Source: Flavobacteriales bacterium
GTDB taxonomy: Bacteria; Bacteroidota; Bacteroidia; Flavobacteriales_F; PHOS-HE28
Assembly: GCA_016719225.1 (NCBI GenBank)
Contig: JADKAN010000004.1
Span: 448,167 to 512,166 of the forward strand
Direction of reading: 5' to 3'
DNA: 64,000 nt
This document shows, piece after piece, positions 40,137 to 48,877 of the stretch (its first letter is position 1; each line of letters starts with the position of its first letter). The position numbers and the translations under genes are program-made. The notes below the pieces were generated by a model. The model made no database searches and was not told the DNA's origin. It worked only from the letters and a program-made list of their open reading frames with translations.

Positions 40137-41165
40137 ATGCCAGAATCTTTCGACGTCCGCCAGGAACAACGCTCCGCCTCGGACAAGGAGCTTGAGCAGG
40201 TGTTGCGTCCGCGCCGCTTTGAAGAGTTCGCCGGTCAGCGCTCCGTAACGGATAACCTCAAGGTCTTCGTCCAAGCCGCCAAATTGCGCTCGGAAGCCCT
40301 GGACCACGTGTTGCTGCATGGCCCACCAGGGCTCGGTAAAACCACCTTGGCGGGTATCATCGCCCAAGAGATGGGCGTGAGCATGAGGATCACCAGCGGG
40401 CCGGTACTGGACAAGCCGGCGGACCTTGCTGGTCTGCTGACCAATTTGGAGCCGAACGACCTGCTATTCATTGATGAGATCCACCGTCTCAGCCCCATAG
40501 TGGAGGAATACCTCTACAGTGCCATGGAGGATTACCGCATCGACCTGGTGATCGACGCAGGACCGAATGCACGCACGGTGCAGATCAACCTCAACCCTTT
40601 CACGCTTGTGGGGGCAACCACGCGCAGCGGATTGCTCACCGCCCCGTTGCGTGCCCGCTTCGGCATCAACAGCCGCCTCAATTATTACGATGCTGAAACA
40701 TTGACAGGGATTGTACACCGGTCCGCTGGCTTGCTCAACGTTCCCATCGTGGCGGAGGCCGCACACGAGATCGCCCGACGTAGTCGCGGTACGCCACGTA
40801 TCGCCAACGCACTGCTGCGCCGCGTACGCGACTTTGCCCAGATCCAAGGCGATGGCGCCATCGATCTGGCCATCGCGAAGCATGCCCTAAAGGCGCTGAA
40901 CGTGGACGCGCACGGCTTGGATGAAATGGACAACCGGATCCTGCTGTGCATCATTGAAAAATTCGCTGGAGGTCCCGTGGGCCTTAATACCGTTGCGACC
41001 GCGGTAGGCGAAGAAAGCGGGACCATTGAAGAGGTGTATGAACCATTCCTCATCATGGAGGGTTACATCATGCGCACCCCGCGAGGCAGACAGGCCACGG
41101 AACGCGCTTTCAAGCATCTGGGAAAAGTACCCACCGCCAAACCCGGCAACCTGTTCGGTGAGTGA
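40137..41165 (+). CDS. ruvB: Holliday junction branch-migration ATPase RuvB
   Basis: [13 protein letters not shown]-terminus, Walker [12 protein letters not shown], Walker [10 protein letters not shown] and the sensor region. The ORF track start at 40053 is over-extended. Confidence 0.9.
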   Translation: MPESFDVRQEQRSASDKELEQVLRPRRFEEFAGQRSVTDNLKVFVQAAKLRSEALDHVLLHGPPGLGKTTLAGIIAQEMGVSMRITSGPVLDKPADLAGLLTNLEPNDLLFIDEIHRLSPIVEEYLYSAMEDYRIDLVIDAGPNARTVQINLNPFTLVGATTRSGLLTAPLRARFGINSRLNYYDAETLTGIVHRSAGLLNVPIVAEAAHEIARRSRGTPRIANALLRRVRDFAQIQGDGAIDLAIAKHALKALNVDAHGLDEMDNRILLCIIEKFAGGPVGLNTVATAVGEESGTIEEVYEPFLIMEGYIMRTPRGRQATERAFKHLGKVPTAKPGNLFGE

Positions 41166-41220
41166 ACAGCTCCTTGTTCCTCAAACTGCCGAACGGTCCA
41201 AGTGCGGAACCGCCGTTGCC

Positions 41221-43731
41221 ATGAACGACCAAGCCGAAATACATTCCAGCGCGGCTTTTCGTCCCTTTTTGGACGAAGGATACTGGCCGGTTGACCTGGT
41301 TGACCGCTTTCAACACATCGCGGGCCAGTATGCTGCAAACACGGCCGTACGGGACCACAATGGCGCGATCACCTACGGCGAACTGGACCTTGCAGTGCGC
41401 GCCTTTGCGGCGGGCTTGCAAGGTTTGGGCCTGGTGCCTGGTGATCGCGTGGCATTGCTCATGGAACAGGACCGGTTTGCCGCCGTTGCCATGTTGGCGG
41501 TGCTACATGCGGGATGCACTTACGTGGTGCTGGATGTGGCCGACCCCGAGCGGCGTTTATCCGACTTGGTCCAACAAGCGCAAGTGGCCGCTGTAGCGTG
41601 CATGGCCGGCTTCCGGGAAATTGCCGAAAGGATCGCGGCCGACGCGCCGCACATAGTGACCTGCGAGGAATTGCTCAGATCCCCGGCTGCGGCGTGGGAG
41701 CGCCGGGCAACTGATCAGGGAACCCCGGCTTATCTCATTTTTACTTCGGGCACCACGGGAAGGCCCAAAGGAGTTATGCAATCCCATGCCGGTGTGCTGG
41801 CCCACATCCGGAACTATACGGACAACCTGCATTTGGGTCCTGGCGATCGCATGAACATGGTGGCTATGCATGGCTACGATGCGGCGGTGATGGATCTCTA
41901 TGGCGCATTATTGAACGGTGCCGCGCTACACATGTGGGACATCCGGCGTGATGGACTGGAAGCCTGTGTGGAACGGATCGTTTCCGAACGCATCACCGTT
42001 TTCCATTCCACGCCTTCCGTCTTCAGGACGCTGTTCCGGAGCGTGCATGAAGTAAACCTGTGCCTGCGCTTGGTCGTGTTGGGGGGGGAACGGACCACCG
42101 TGCAGGACGTGCGGCTTTTCCAGACCAAGTGCCCAACGGATTGCGTGCTGGTGAACGGCTTGGGCCCCACGGAATGCACCATCATTTGTCAAGGGTTCTT
42201 CAACACTACCTCACCAGTGATCGACCCCGTGCCTATCGGCAGGCCGGTGAAAGGACTTACTGTGCTGGTGTTGGACGCGAAAGGTGTGTCCGTGCCCGAC
42301 GGCGAACCCGGGGAACTGGTGGTGCGAGGCAAGCAGGTGGCATTGAGTTATTTCGGTGGTGAAGGCGGGCAGTCCAGCGCTTTTGAGCACCATGCGGACG
42401 GAAGCCGCACCTACCATACCGGCGATATTGTAAAGAGCCTGTCGGATGGGCGATATGTTTTCCTGGACAGAAAGGATGGGCAACTTAAAGTCCATGGTAT
42501 CCGCATTGAACCCAGTGAGATCACGGAAGCGCTCAACGCCCATCCGTTAGTGGCCGAGAGTGCCGTAACGCTTCAGGGTTCGGACGGAGCCGAAGCGTTG
42601 CATGCGTACGTGGTACCCGTTGGAAAGGAACGACCGGACCCGCAAGTGTTGCGATCGCATTTGGCAAAACACCTGCCCAGGGCCTGGCTACCTGCCACAT
42701 ACAATGTAGTGGAGCGTATCCCTTTGCGGGCCAACGGTAAGGTCGACTTGGGCGCATTGCCAACACCTGTCCAAGCACAGTCCCTGATGGTCCCGCCTTC
42801 CACCCACTTGGAGAAAAGCCTCGTGATGGTATGGAGGCACGTGCTGGGCCATCCGATCGGCCTGGACACCAATTTCTTCGAAGTGGGCGGTACGAGCCTG
42901 CATGGTTTGCGGATCCTCGCCCGTGTAACCGAGCTTCTTGGCGGCGAGAACTTGCCGCTGGCGCTCATTTTTCAACATCCCACGGTCCGTGGCATGGCGC
43001 AGCGCATCGATGATCTTTCCGAGGGCCTCCGCTGGAGCAACCTCGTGGCTGTAAGGCCGGAAGGCGACCGCACACCGGTGGTCTGCGTGCATGGCGATGA
43101 GGCTAACTACCACCTCTCGCGGATGTTGCCTGCATCCCATCCGTTCCTGGCATTTTTCCATCAGGGTGAGGATGGAAGGGCCATGACGCATACCACGTTC
43201 CCGGCTATCGCCACACATTATGCGCACGAGTTGGAGCAGGCGTTGCCCCAAGGACCCGTGGTGGTCTGTGGATACAGCTTTGGCGGGATCATCGCCCTGG
43301 AACTGGCCCAACGCCTGCGGGAGCATGGCCGCACGGTGCCGCTGTTGGTCATCCTTGATTCACAAGGACCCGACTTTGTGAAGCCTGTCAGCGTTAAGGG
43401 TCTCTTGCTGCGGATCCGCGATATCAAGGACCGGATCCGCTGCGAACACTGGTTAGGCAAAGGGTTGCCAATTCCAGAGCATCTGCGGAACTTTTACATC
43501 ATGGACACCTATGGCAAAGCAATGCGTAGTTATCGCGCCGGACCGTGGACCGGCCCTGCGCTCCTGATCCGCTGTGCGGAGCGTGCACTTGAACCGACAG
43601 GCTGGGACCGCATACTGCCCAACCTCCGTACCGTGGTGGTGCCCGGCGACCACCAGTCCATCATCACCGCCATGGGTATTGAGCCGGTAGTGGAGGCCAT
43701 CCAACAAGCGATGAGCGAACTTGCGCTTTGA
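41221..43731 (+). CDS. stand-alone NRPS-like enzyme: adenylation - peptidyl-carrier (T) - thioesterase tri-domain
   Basis: A-domain core motifs YLIFTSGTTGRPKGV (A3), NGLGPTE (A5), YHTGDIV (A7), GRYVFLDRKDGQLKVHGIRIEPSEI (A8) and NGKVD (A10). Carrier motif FFEVGGTSLHG. TE domain with GYSFGG. True ATG at 41221; the ORF track N-terminus overlaps ruvB. Confidence 0.8.
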   Translation: MNDQAEIHSSAAFRPFLDEGYWPVDLVDRFQHIAGQYAANTAVRDHNGAITYGELDLAVRAFAAGLQGLGLVPGDRVALLMEQDRFAAVAMLAVLHAGCTYVVLDVADPERRLSDLVQQAQVAAVACMAGFREIAERIAADAPHIVTCEELLRSPAAAWERRATDQGTPAYLIFTSGTTGRPKGVMQSHAGVLAHIRNYTDNLHLGPGDRMNMVAMHGYDAAVMDLYGALLNGAALHMWDIRRDGLEACVERIVSERITVFHSTPSVFRTLFRSVHEVNLCLRLVVLGGERTTVQDVRLFQTKCPTDCVLVNGLGPTECTIICQGFFNTTSPVIDPVPIGRPVKGLTVLVLDAKGVSVPDGEPGELVVRGKQVALSYFGGEGGQSSAFEHHADGSRTYHTGDIVKSLSDGRYVFLDRKDGQLKVHGIRIEPSEITEALNAHPLVAESAVTLQGSDGAEALHAYVVPVGKERPDPQVLRSHLAKHLPRAWLPATYNVVERIPLRANGKVDLGALPTPVQAQSLMVPPSTHLEKSLVMVWRHVLGHPIGLDTNFFEVGGTSLHGLRILARVTELLGGENLPLALIFQHPTVRGMAQRIDDLSEGLRWSNLVAVRPEGDRTPVVCVHGDEANYHLSRMLPASHPFLAFFHQGEDGRAMTHTTFPAIATHYAHELEQALPQGPVVVCGYSFGGIIALELAQRLREHGRTVPLLVILDSQGPDFVKPVSVKGLLLRIRDIKDRIRCEHWLGKGLPIPEHLRNFYIMDTYGKAMRSYRAGPWTGPALLIRCAERALEPTGWDRILPNLRTVVVPGDHQSIITAMGIEPVVEAIQQAMSELAL

Positions 43732-43805
43732 GCCAAGCCGTGGTCCAATTTTCGGACTGACCTGCCATGTGGTACATATGCCCAAGAACCGCCTGAGCGA
43801 AAGGA

Positions 43806-44780
43806 ATGCATTCATCCGACACTGCCGCAGCAAGCATTAAGGAAAAGGCCCGTGAGCTGGGCTTTTTGGCCTGCGGCATCGCCAAAGCGGATCTCTTGGC
43901 GGATGAAGCACCACACTTGGAGCTTTGGCTGCGCGAAGGCAAGAATGGTCAAATGGGCTATATGGCCAACAACTTCGACATGCGCTTGGACCCGCGCAAG
44001 CTGGTCCCGGGTGCGAAGAGCGTGATCAGCTTGGCGTACAACTACTACACCCCACCGAAGCAGCACGACCTCGAAGCGCCGAAGTTGAGCACCTACGCAT
44101 ACGGTCGCGATTACCACAAAGTGGTGAAGCAGCGCATGAAGCCATTGATGGCGTTCATCACTGAGCAGTTCGGCGAGGTGGACATGCGGGCGTTCACCGA
44201 TAGCGCACCGGTGCTGGAGAAGGCTTGGGCACAGAAGGCCGGTATCGGCTGGAGAGGCAAGCACACCAACGTGATCCGACAAGGCAACGGCTCCTTCTTC
44301 TTCCTCTGCGAGATCATCCTGGACCTGGAACTCGCACCGGATGCGCCCGCCACCGATCACTGCGGTACGTGCAGGCGTTGCATCGATGCGTGCCCCACGG
44401 ATGCCATCACTCCTTACGGTGTGAACGGTAGCAAGTGCATCAGCTATTTCACCATCGAATTGAAGGATGCCATCCCCACCGGGGCCGGCGACTTCAAGAA
44501 CTGGGCCTTCGGCTGCGACATTTGCCAGCAGGTGTGCCCGTGGAACCGGTTCAGCAAACCGCACCACGAGCCGGATTTCGATCCCAAGCCTGCGCTGATG
44601 GAACTAACGGCCGACCAATGGCACGGCATGACCGAGCTCCTCTTCGATGAACTCTTCCATGGCAGCCCGGTGAAACGTACCAAGTACGAAGGACTGAAGC
44701 GGAACTTGAGCTACTTGAGGGAGAAGGTCCACCACAGAGGCACGGAGGCCACGGAGGATCGGGGAAGTCTTGAGTTGTGA
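43806..44780 (+). CDS. queG: tRNA epoxyqueuosine(34) reductase QueG
   Basis: B12-dependent QueG-like sequence with a tandem 4Fe-4S ferredoxin motif (CGTCRRCIDACPTDAI...CQQVCPWN). Confidence 0.8.
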   Translation: MHSSDTAAASIKEKARELGFLACGIAKADLLADEAPHLELWLREGKNGQMGYMANNFDMRLDPRKLVPGAKSVISLAYNYYTPPKQHDLEAPKLSTYAYGRDYHKVVKQRMKPLMAFITEQFGEVDMRAFTDSAPVLEKAWAQKAGIGWRGKHTNVIRQGNGSFFFLCEIILDLELAPDAPATDHCGTCRRCIDACPTDAITPYGVNGSKCISYFTIELKDAIPTGAGDFKNWAFGCDICQQVCPWNRFSKPHHEPDFDPKPALMELTADQWHGMTELLFDELFHGSPVKRTKYEGLKRNLSYLREKVHHRGTEATEDRGSLEL

Positions 44781-45003
44781 GTCTCGAGTCCTGTGACGGC
44801 GCTGACATATCAGCCGTCAACATGTTGCATTTCTCCGTGGATCTGTCGTGAAAGAAGGTGGCAGTGGCAGTTAAAAGTGGCAGTCGGCTGCGGAAGCACT
44901 TGCTCCGCTGAACTTGATACCCGATACCAACAATTCCGATCACAAAAAGGATCTTGGACAGATCCTCTGCGCCTCCGCGCCTCGGCGGTAAAAACTCCAG
45001 CCC

Positions 45004-45219
45004 TCACGCTCGCATCGACCGCTGGAACACCTCCAAGATCACATCCTTGTACATGTGCCCGAAGGTGGCTAGGCACCAAGCCTTCAGCAACAACTGGTCG
45101 CCTTTGGCCACCCACTTGGCGGCCTTGACCAATTCCTTCCGGAAAAGGCGCGGGTCAAAGCTGACCTTTTCGAGTACCTGCTGGCTCATTTCGAGCATTT
45201 TCCTTCCTTGTTCTATCAT
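45004..45219 (-). CDS. small hypothetical protein (71 aa, helical)
   Basis: The internal Met (MIEQGRKMLEMSQQVLEKV...) gives a plausible small helical protein downstream of, and co-directional with, the Omp28-like gene. The overlapping plus-strand ORF 44954..45349 looks non-coding. Confidence 0.3.
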   Translation of the reverse strand: MIEQGRKMLEMSQQVLEKVSFDPRLFRKELVKAAKWVAKGDQLLLKAWCLATFGHMYKDVILEVFQRSMRA

Positions 45220-45471
45220 GGCGGTAGGTGTAGGCAACAGATGGCGTGTCGAAATTCGGGATGAAGATAAGCTGACTTCAGACCTTGCGCAACAGCCCGG
45301 ATCATGTTGTGCAAAAATTGCCTTCGGCGGATCGCTTGGGCACTTTTGAAGCAACGACAAGGGGGGGGTGCCAGTATGCTGGCAATAAGAAAATTGGCAA
45401 TTGGACCGTGCCATCTTATTAGCACCATCTGGATCTCTGGCTGGTGATCGCCGTTCCCTTCGCCTTGGCGT

Positions 45472-46317
45472 CTACTCCACTAATTTGCGTTCCACCACTT
45501 GTTTCACCTCGTACTGGTCGGCACCGGTGGTGCTGTACACATAGGCTACCAAGGCACAATTGGCGGGTTGCAGAACATTGGATGGAAGCTGGTAGCTGAA
45601 GGGCAGATCGATCGTGTCACCCACTTGGTCCGTGGCATTCGCAAAGGCTTGCCCCCAAGAGCCGTTCAAGGCTGCACGTAGAACGTCGCGATGATCGTAG
45701 TTGGGAACGTCAGGCGGTGTGGCGGAATTGTCCAACTGCCAGTCGATAACGTGATCCTCGGTGATGTAAAGGGTGATGTTTTGAGGTCCGGAGAACGGGT
45801 TGAGGATTATCCCTCGCACCGTTCCGGAAACGGTGTTCGTTCCAGCGTCATACTGGATCGTGTCAACTTGGAGGTCGATGTCCGCTGTTTGATCGATCAA
45901 GTCGGCAACGGCAGTGCTCCAGCTGTAGCGGCTTATCCGGATGCTTCCGTTCAATGGTTTCCGAGAGATCATTCCGGTGGGCAGGCTCGTGATCTGGAAG
46001 GTCTGCTCATAATCACTGCCTGCCGGAGTGCGGAAATCCGTGGTATAGTTCGGTGATTGGGGCTGTGCGAAGGAGTTCACCATGTGGACGCCAACGACGA
46101 CCAAACGTTCACCATAGATCGCCTTCAACTGCTGTGCACGGATCGCTGCATCGGGGCAATTGTTGCAAAGGTGACCGGTGCAATCCTCCAACAAGACATT
46201 GCGCGTTACGCCGCCCCCCGGGCCGGTATCGGGGCCGATAGTTGCTTTCGGCGTATCAATGATGTCACAACCGGAAAGGGTGCCGATCAGCAGGAGGGAT
46301 GGAATGAGATAGCGCAT
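45472..46317 (-). CDS. Omp28-related outer-membrane lipoprotein (with CxxxxCxxC cysteine cluster)
   Basis: Lipobox LLLIGTLSGC, Cys cluster CTGHLCNNC, and a ~280 aa size typical of the Bacteroidota Omp28 family. The family assignment is from memory. Confidence 0.5.
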   Translation of the reverse strand: MRYLIPSLLLIGTLSGCDIIDTPKATIGPDTGPGGGVTRNVLLEDCTGHLCNNCPDAAIRAQQLKAIYGERLVVVGVHMVNSFAQPQSPNYTTDFRTPAGSDYEQTFQITSLPTGMISRKPLNGSIRISRYSWSTAVADLIDQTADIDLQVDTIQYDAGTNTVSGTVRGIILNPFSGPQNITLYITEDHVIDWQLDNSATPPDVPNYDHRDVLRAALNGSWGQAFANATDQVGDTIDLPFSYQLPSNVLQPANCALVAYVYSTTGADQYEVKQVVERKLVE

Positions 46318-46321
46318 GGGC

Positions 46322-47998
46322 TTAGAAGGTTGTGGTGATGGATGCCGTTAGGCCGTTCGCTGCAGGTACTACGCGGCAAACGCCGCCCACGCAGAAAATG
46401 CCCGCGCGCTGCCGCCCATAACTGAAGGAGAACCGACTCCCGCCACGAATGTATCCGAACGTGCCTATGGGGTAGTGGATCTGTTCTGTTTCCACCGACC
46501 CGCCGTAATTGTATTGGTCCAACGCTGCGATGAACCAGTGCGGACTGAAGGTGAGTTCCGCCAGCGCGGTGGCCCAGTTACCGTGGTCCTGTTTGGTGGA
46601 CAGATGTTGCAGTTCGAAGCGGAGCGAGGTCTTATCACTGAAGCTGTGGAGGCCTTCCACAATGAACAAGTCAGCATAGATCGTTGGCTTTCCAGCCTTC
46701 CCCTGTACGGTCTCGATATCATAGACCAGGTTGAGGTAGGTAAGCGCCAATTCCCAATTCGCGCTCAACTTTTTCCGGATCTCCACATTGAGGTCACTGA
46801 AGTACTGCCGGTCGCCCATGGTGAAGAACTTCGTGTCGTAACCGGTGTAGTGCACAGTATCGTTGGGGATCGCCGTGCTGTCCAAGCTCCATGCGCCGCT
46901 CCAGTTGGCGCTGATCTTGGTGCCGTATTTGCCACCGAGTTTGCTACCACGCTTGAATTTGTAGAACACCTCGCCCTGATAGGCTACTTCACCATTTGGC
47001 TGTGTTGCATAGGGGTAGAGGGTGGCTGGCAAGTTGTACGTGTGCTGCTTGGCCAAGGTAGGTAGGTAGTTGATGTTGAGGTCGAACAAAGTGGGTGCGC
47101 CACGATCGCTTTGGAACACCATATTGTCGTAGGTGTGAGCGCCTGCGCTGATGCCGAGGCCACGCACACTATAGCTCGCGTTGGCCATGAGTGCCTGTCC
47201 CGGCTTGTAGATGTTGTTGTTGCTGCCGTTGGGATCATTGATCTTATAAGCGTATTCGCTGTAGAGATTCCATTTTGCCGTGGTGTAATTGGCGCGTCCG
47301 GCCCATATGCCCACGTTCTCCGGAAGTTCCAGCAAAGGATCCAGATCGGGTTGGAATTTGCTGACGAAGGATCCACCGACAGTGAGCGTATTCCCTTTAG
47401 CTGCCAGCTTCGGAAATGCGCGCGGGAAGGCTTCCGCCAAGGAGATCTCCCCATCTATGCCACGCACGATGCCCGGGCCCTTCGTGGTGCCGTTGTCGAA
47501 AGCCAATCGCTGGGTACCGATGATGGCCTTCAAATAGATCCCTGTATCAGGGCTGAACTTCACCCGCAATCCGTCCATGGCATTGTCCACGCCCAAGGAA
47601 CGTTCCTCGTAGGTGCGGAACGCCAGCCCCTGCCCGAACTGCTCGTAGAAATTGCCGGCGGTTACTTCCAATCCGTCCTTGCGGAATGTGGCGTACCGAT
47701 AGCCAATACCCGTGCCTTTGTAGCCCGCACCTGCGGGGTAACCAAGAAGTGCTGGCTCATAGCTTTCGAACCGTGCACCCGCCTCGAAATTGCCTGTCCT
47801 GTAATTCAGGTTCATCCAGGAGTTCAACCCGAAGTCCGCGGGGGGTTTCACCGCGCCGATCTGTTCATCGTCGTTGTAAAGCTGGCCGTCGGTGCTGAAG
47901 TTGCCATGGATCTGGCCGCCATCTTGTGCGTGGAGGGAGCAGGAGAACCAAAAGGCAGTGGATGCAAGTGCTATACCGAGGGTACGTGATGGATACAT
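46322..47998 (-). CDS. putative outer-membrane beta-barrel protein (DUF6029-like)
   Basis: Signal peptide and an aromatic/Gly-rich beta-strand pattern throughout. Sits 4 nt upstream of the Omp28-like gene on the same strand. Confidence 0.5.
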   Translation of the reverse strand: MYPSRTLGIALASTAFWFSCSLHAQDGGQIHGNFSTDGQLYNDDEQIGAVKPPADFGLNSWMNLNYRTGNFEAGARFESYEPALLGYPAGAGYKGTGIGYRYATFRKDGLEVTAGNFYEQFGQGLAFRTYEERSLGVDNAMDGLRVKFSPDTGIYLKAIIGTQRLAFDNGTTKGPGIVRGIDGEISLAEAFPRAFPKLAAKGNTLTVGGSFVSKFQPDLDPLLELPENVGIWAGRANYTTAKWNLYSEYAYKINDPNGSNNNIYKPGQALMANASYSVRGLGISAGAHTYDNMVFQSDRGAPTLFDLNINYLPTLAKQHTYNLPATLYPYATQPNGEVAYQGEVFYKFKRGSKLGGKYGTKISANWSGAWSLDSTAIPNDTVHYTGYDTKFFTMGDRQYFSDLNVEIRKKLSANWELALTYLNLVYDIETVQGKAGKPTIYADLFIVEGLHSFSDKTSLRFELQHLSTKQDHGNWATALAELTFSPHWFIAALDQYNYGGSVETEQIHYPIGTFGYIRGGSRFSFSYGRQRAGIFCVGGVCRVVPAANGLTASITTTF

Positions 47999-48194
47999 GT
48001 ATGGGGTTTTTGCCGCGAAGGCGCTGAGGCGCGGAGAGTACAGGTCGAAGAGCAGGGTCAGCTAATGGATGGTGGCAATTTACGCCACGGGCTTATGCCT
48101 GAATTATTAATTACGCGGGAAGATTGAAACCCAAACAGCTCCGCTCATCCTCCTCTCTACATCCCGATGATCCGGTAACGGCAGTGCTTGAAAC

Positions 48195-48237
48195 AACAGA
48201 ACCCTGATCGACAGGTCCGGTCGATCAGGGTTCTGTT
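48195..48237. terminator. very stable 18-bp hairpin between the tlpA-like gene and the beta-barrel gene (probable terminator / operon punctuation)
   Basis: AACAGAACCCTGATCGAC - AGGTCCG - GTCGATCAGGGTTCTGTT perfect inverted repeat, flanked by T/A-rich sequence. Confidence 0.5.
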
Positions 48238-48254
48238 ATTCGTTCTATTCCGGC

Positions 48255-48746
48255 CTATTTCCCTGCGAGCTTTTTTACCTGCTCATAAAGCTCCTTCTCG
48301 TCGCCGGGCTCGTAATTGTTGTGCTGCCATACGATGTTGCCTTTGCCGTCAACAAGGAAGGTGTGCGGAACGTTGTTCACGTTGAGGGCGCGCTTCAGGT
48401 CGCCGTTCGGATCGAGGTACACTTCATAATCCCACGCTTGTCCGTTAACGTACGGAGCCACACGGTTCATGCTACGGGCATCATCGATGCTGACGGCCAT
48501 CAACTTCACGCCGGTCTCTTTCTGCCAATCGGGGTAGAGGTCGTTGATGGCGTTGAGCTCGCGTTTGCACGGAGCACACCAGGTAGCCCAGAAATTGATG
48601 ATCATGGGCTTACCGTTGTTGTTCCAACTGGAGGTGTTCACCTTGGCCCCCTTCATGTCCTGCACTACTACGGCAGGTAGCTTGCCCGTTTGGGCCGCAG
48701 CGAGGAAGGGTAGGGAAAGAGCGAGGGCGAGGAGGGTGATTTTCAT
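48255..48746 (-). CDS. TlpA-family periplasmic thiol:disulfide oxidoreductase (thioredoxin fold)
   Basis: Signal peptide. WATWCAPCKRE active site with TlpA/ResA-like surroundings (NFWATWC...HTFLVDGKGNIV). Confidence 0.8.
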   Translation of the reverse strand: MKITLLALALSLPFLAAAQTGKLPAVVVQDMKGAKVNTSSWNNNGKPMIINFWATWCAPCKRELNAINDLYPDWQKETGVKLMAVSIDDARSMNRVAPYVNGQAWDYEVYLDPNGDLKRALNVNNVPHTFLVDGKGNIVWQHNNYEPGDEKELYEQVKKLAGK

Positions 48747-48877
48747 GCGACGGATTGCTTTTTCTTGTTGGGCCGTAATGCGTTCAGGAATGTACTTTCA
48801 AACAACGGGCCAAAGAAAAGGCCGACGGTCCCAAGGGCGGGTCCGTCGGCCTGTTTCATTGGTTGTCCACCTTGAAC

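Noticed and set aside
41026-41220. Apparent 140-nt overlap between ruvB and the NRPS-like gene
   Set aside because: The overlap comes from the six-frame ORF extending upstream of the true ATG at 41221 (MNDQAEIHSS...). The corrected genes do not overlap.
44857-44883. Short direct repeats GTGGCAGT x3 after queG
   Set aside because: The repeats are only 6-8 nt long, are separated by irregular spacers of 0 and 5 nt, and have no flanking array structure. This is not a CRISPR array or a minisatellite of note.
44954-45349. 131-aa plus-strand ORF downstream of queG
   Set aside because: The translation is Ser/Arg/Cys/Trp-rich and not protein-like. The overlapping minus-strand frame gives a plausible helical 71-aa protein starting at 45219, which was preferred, though itself with low confidence.
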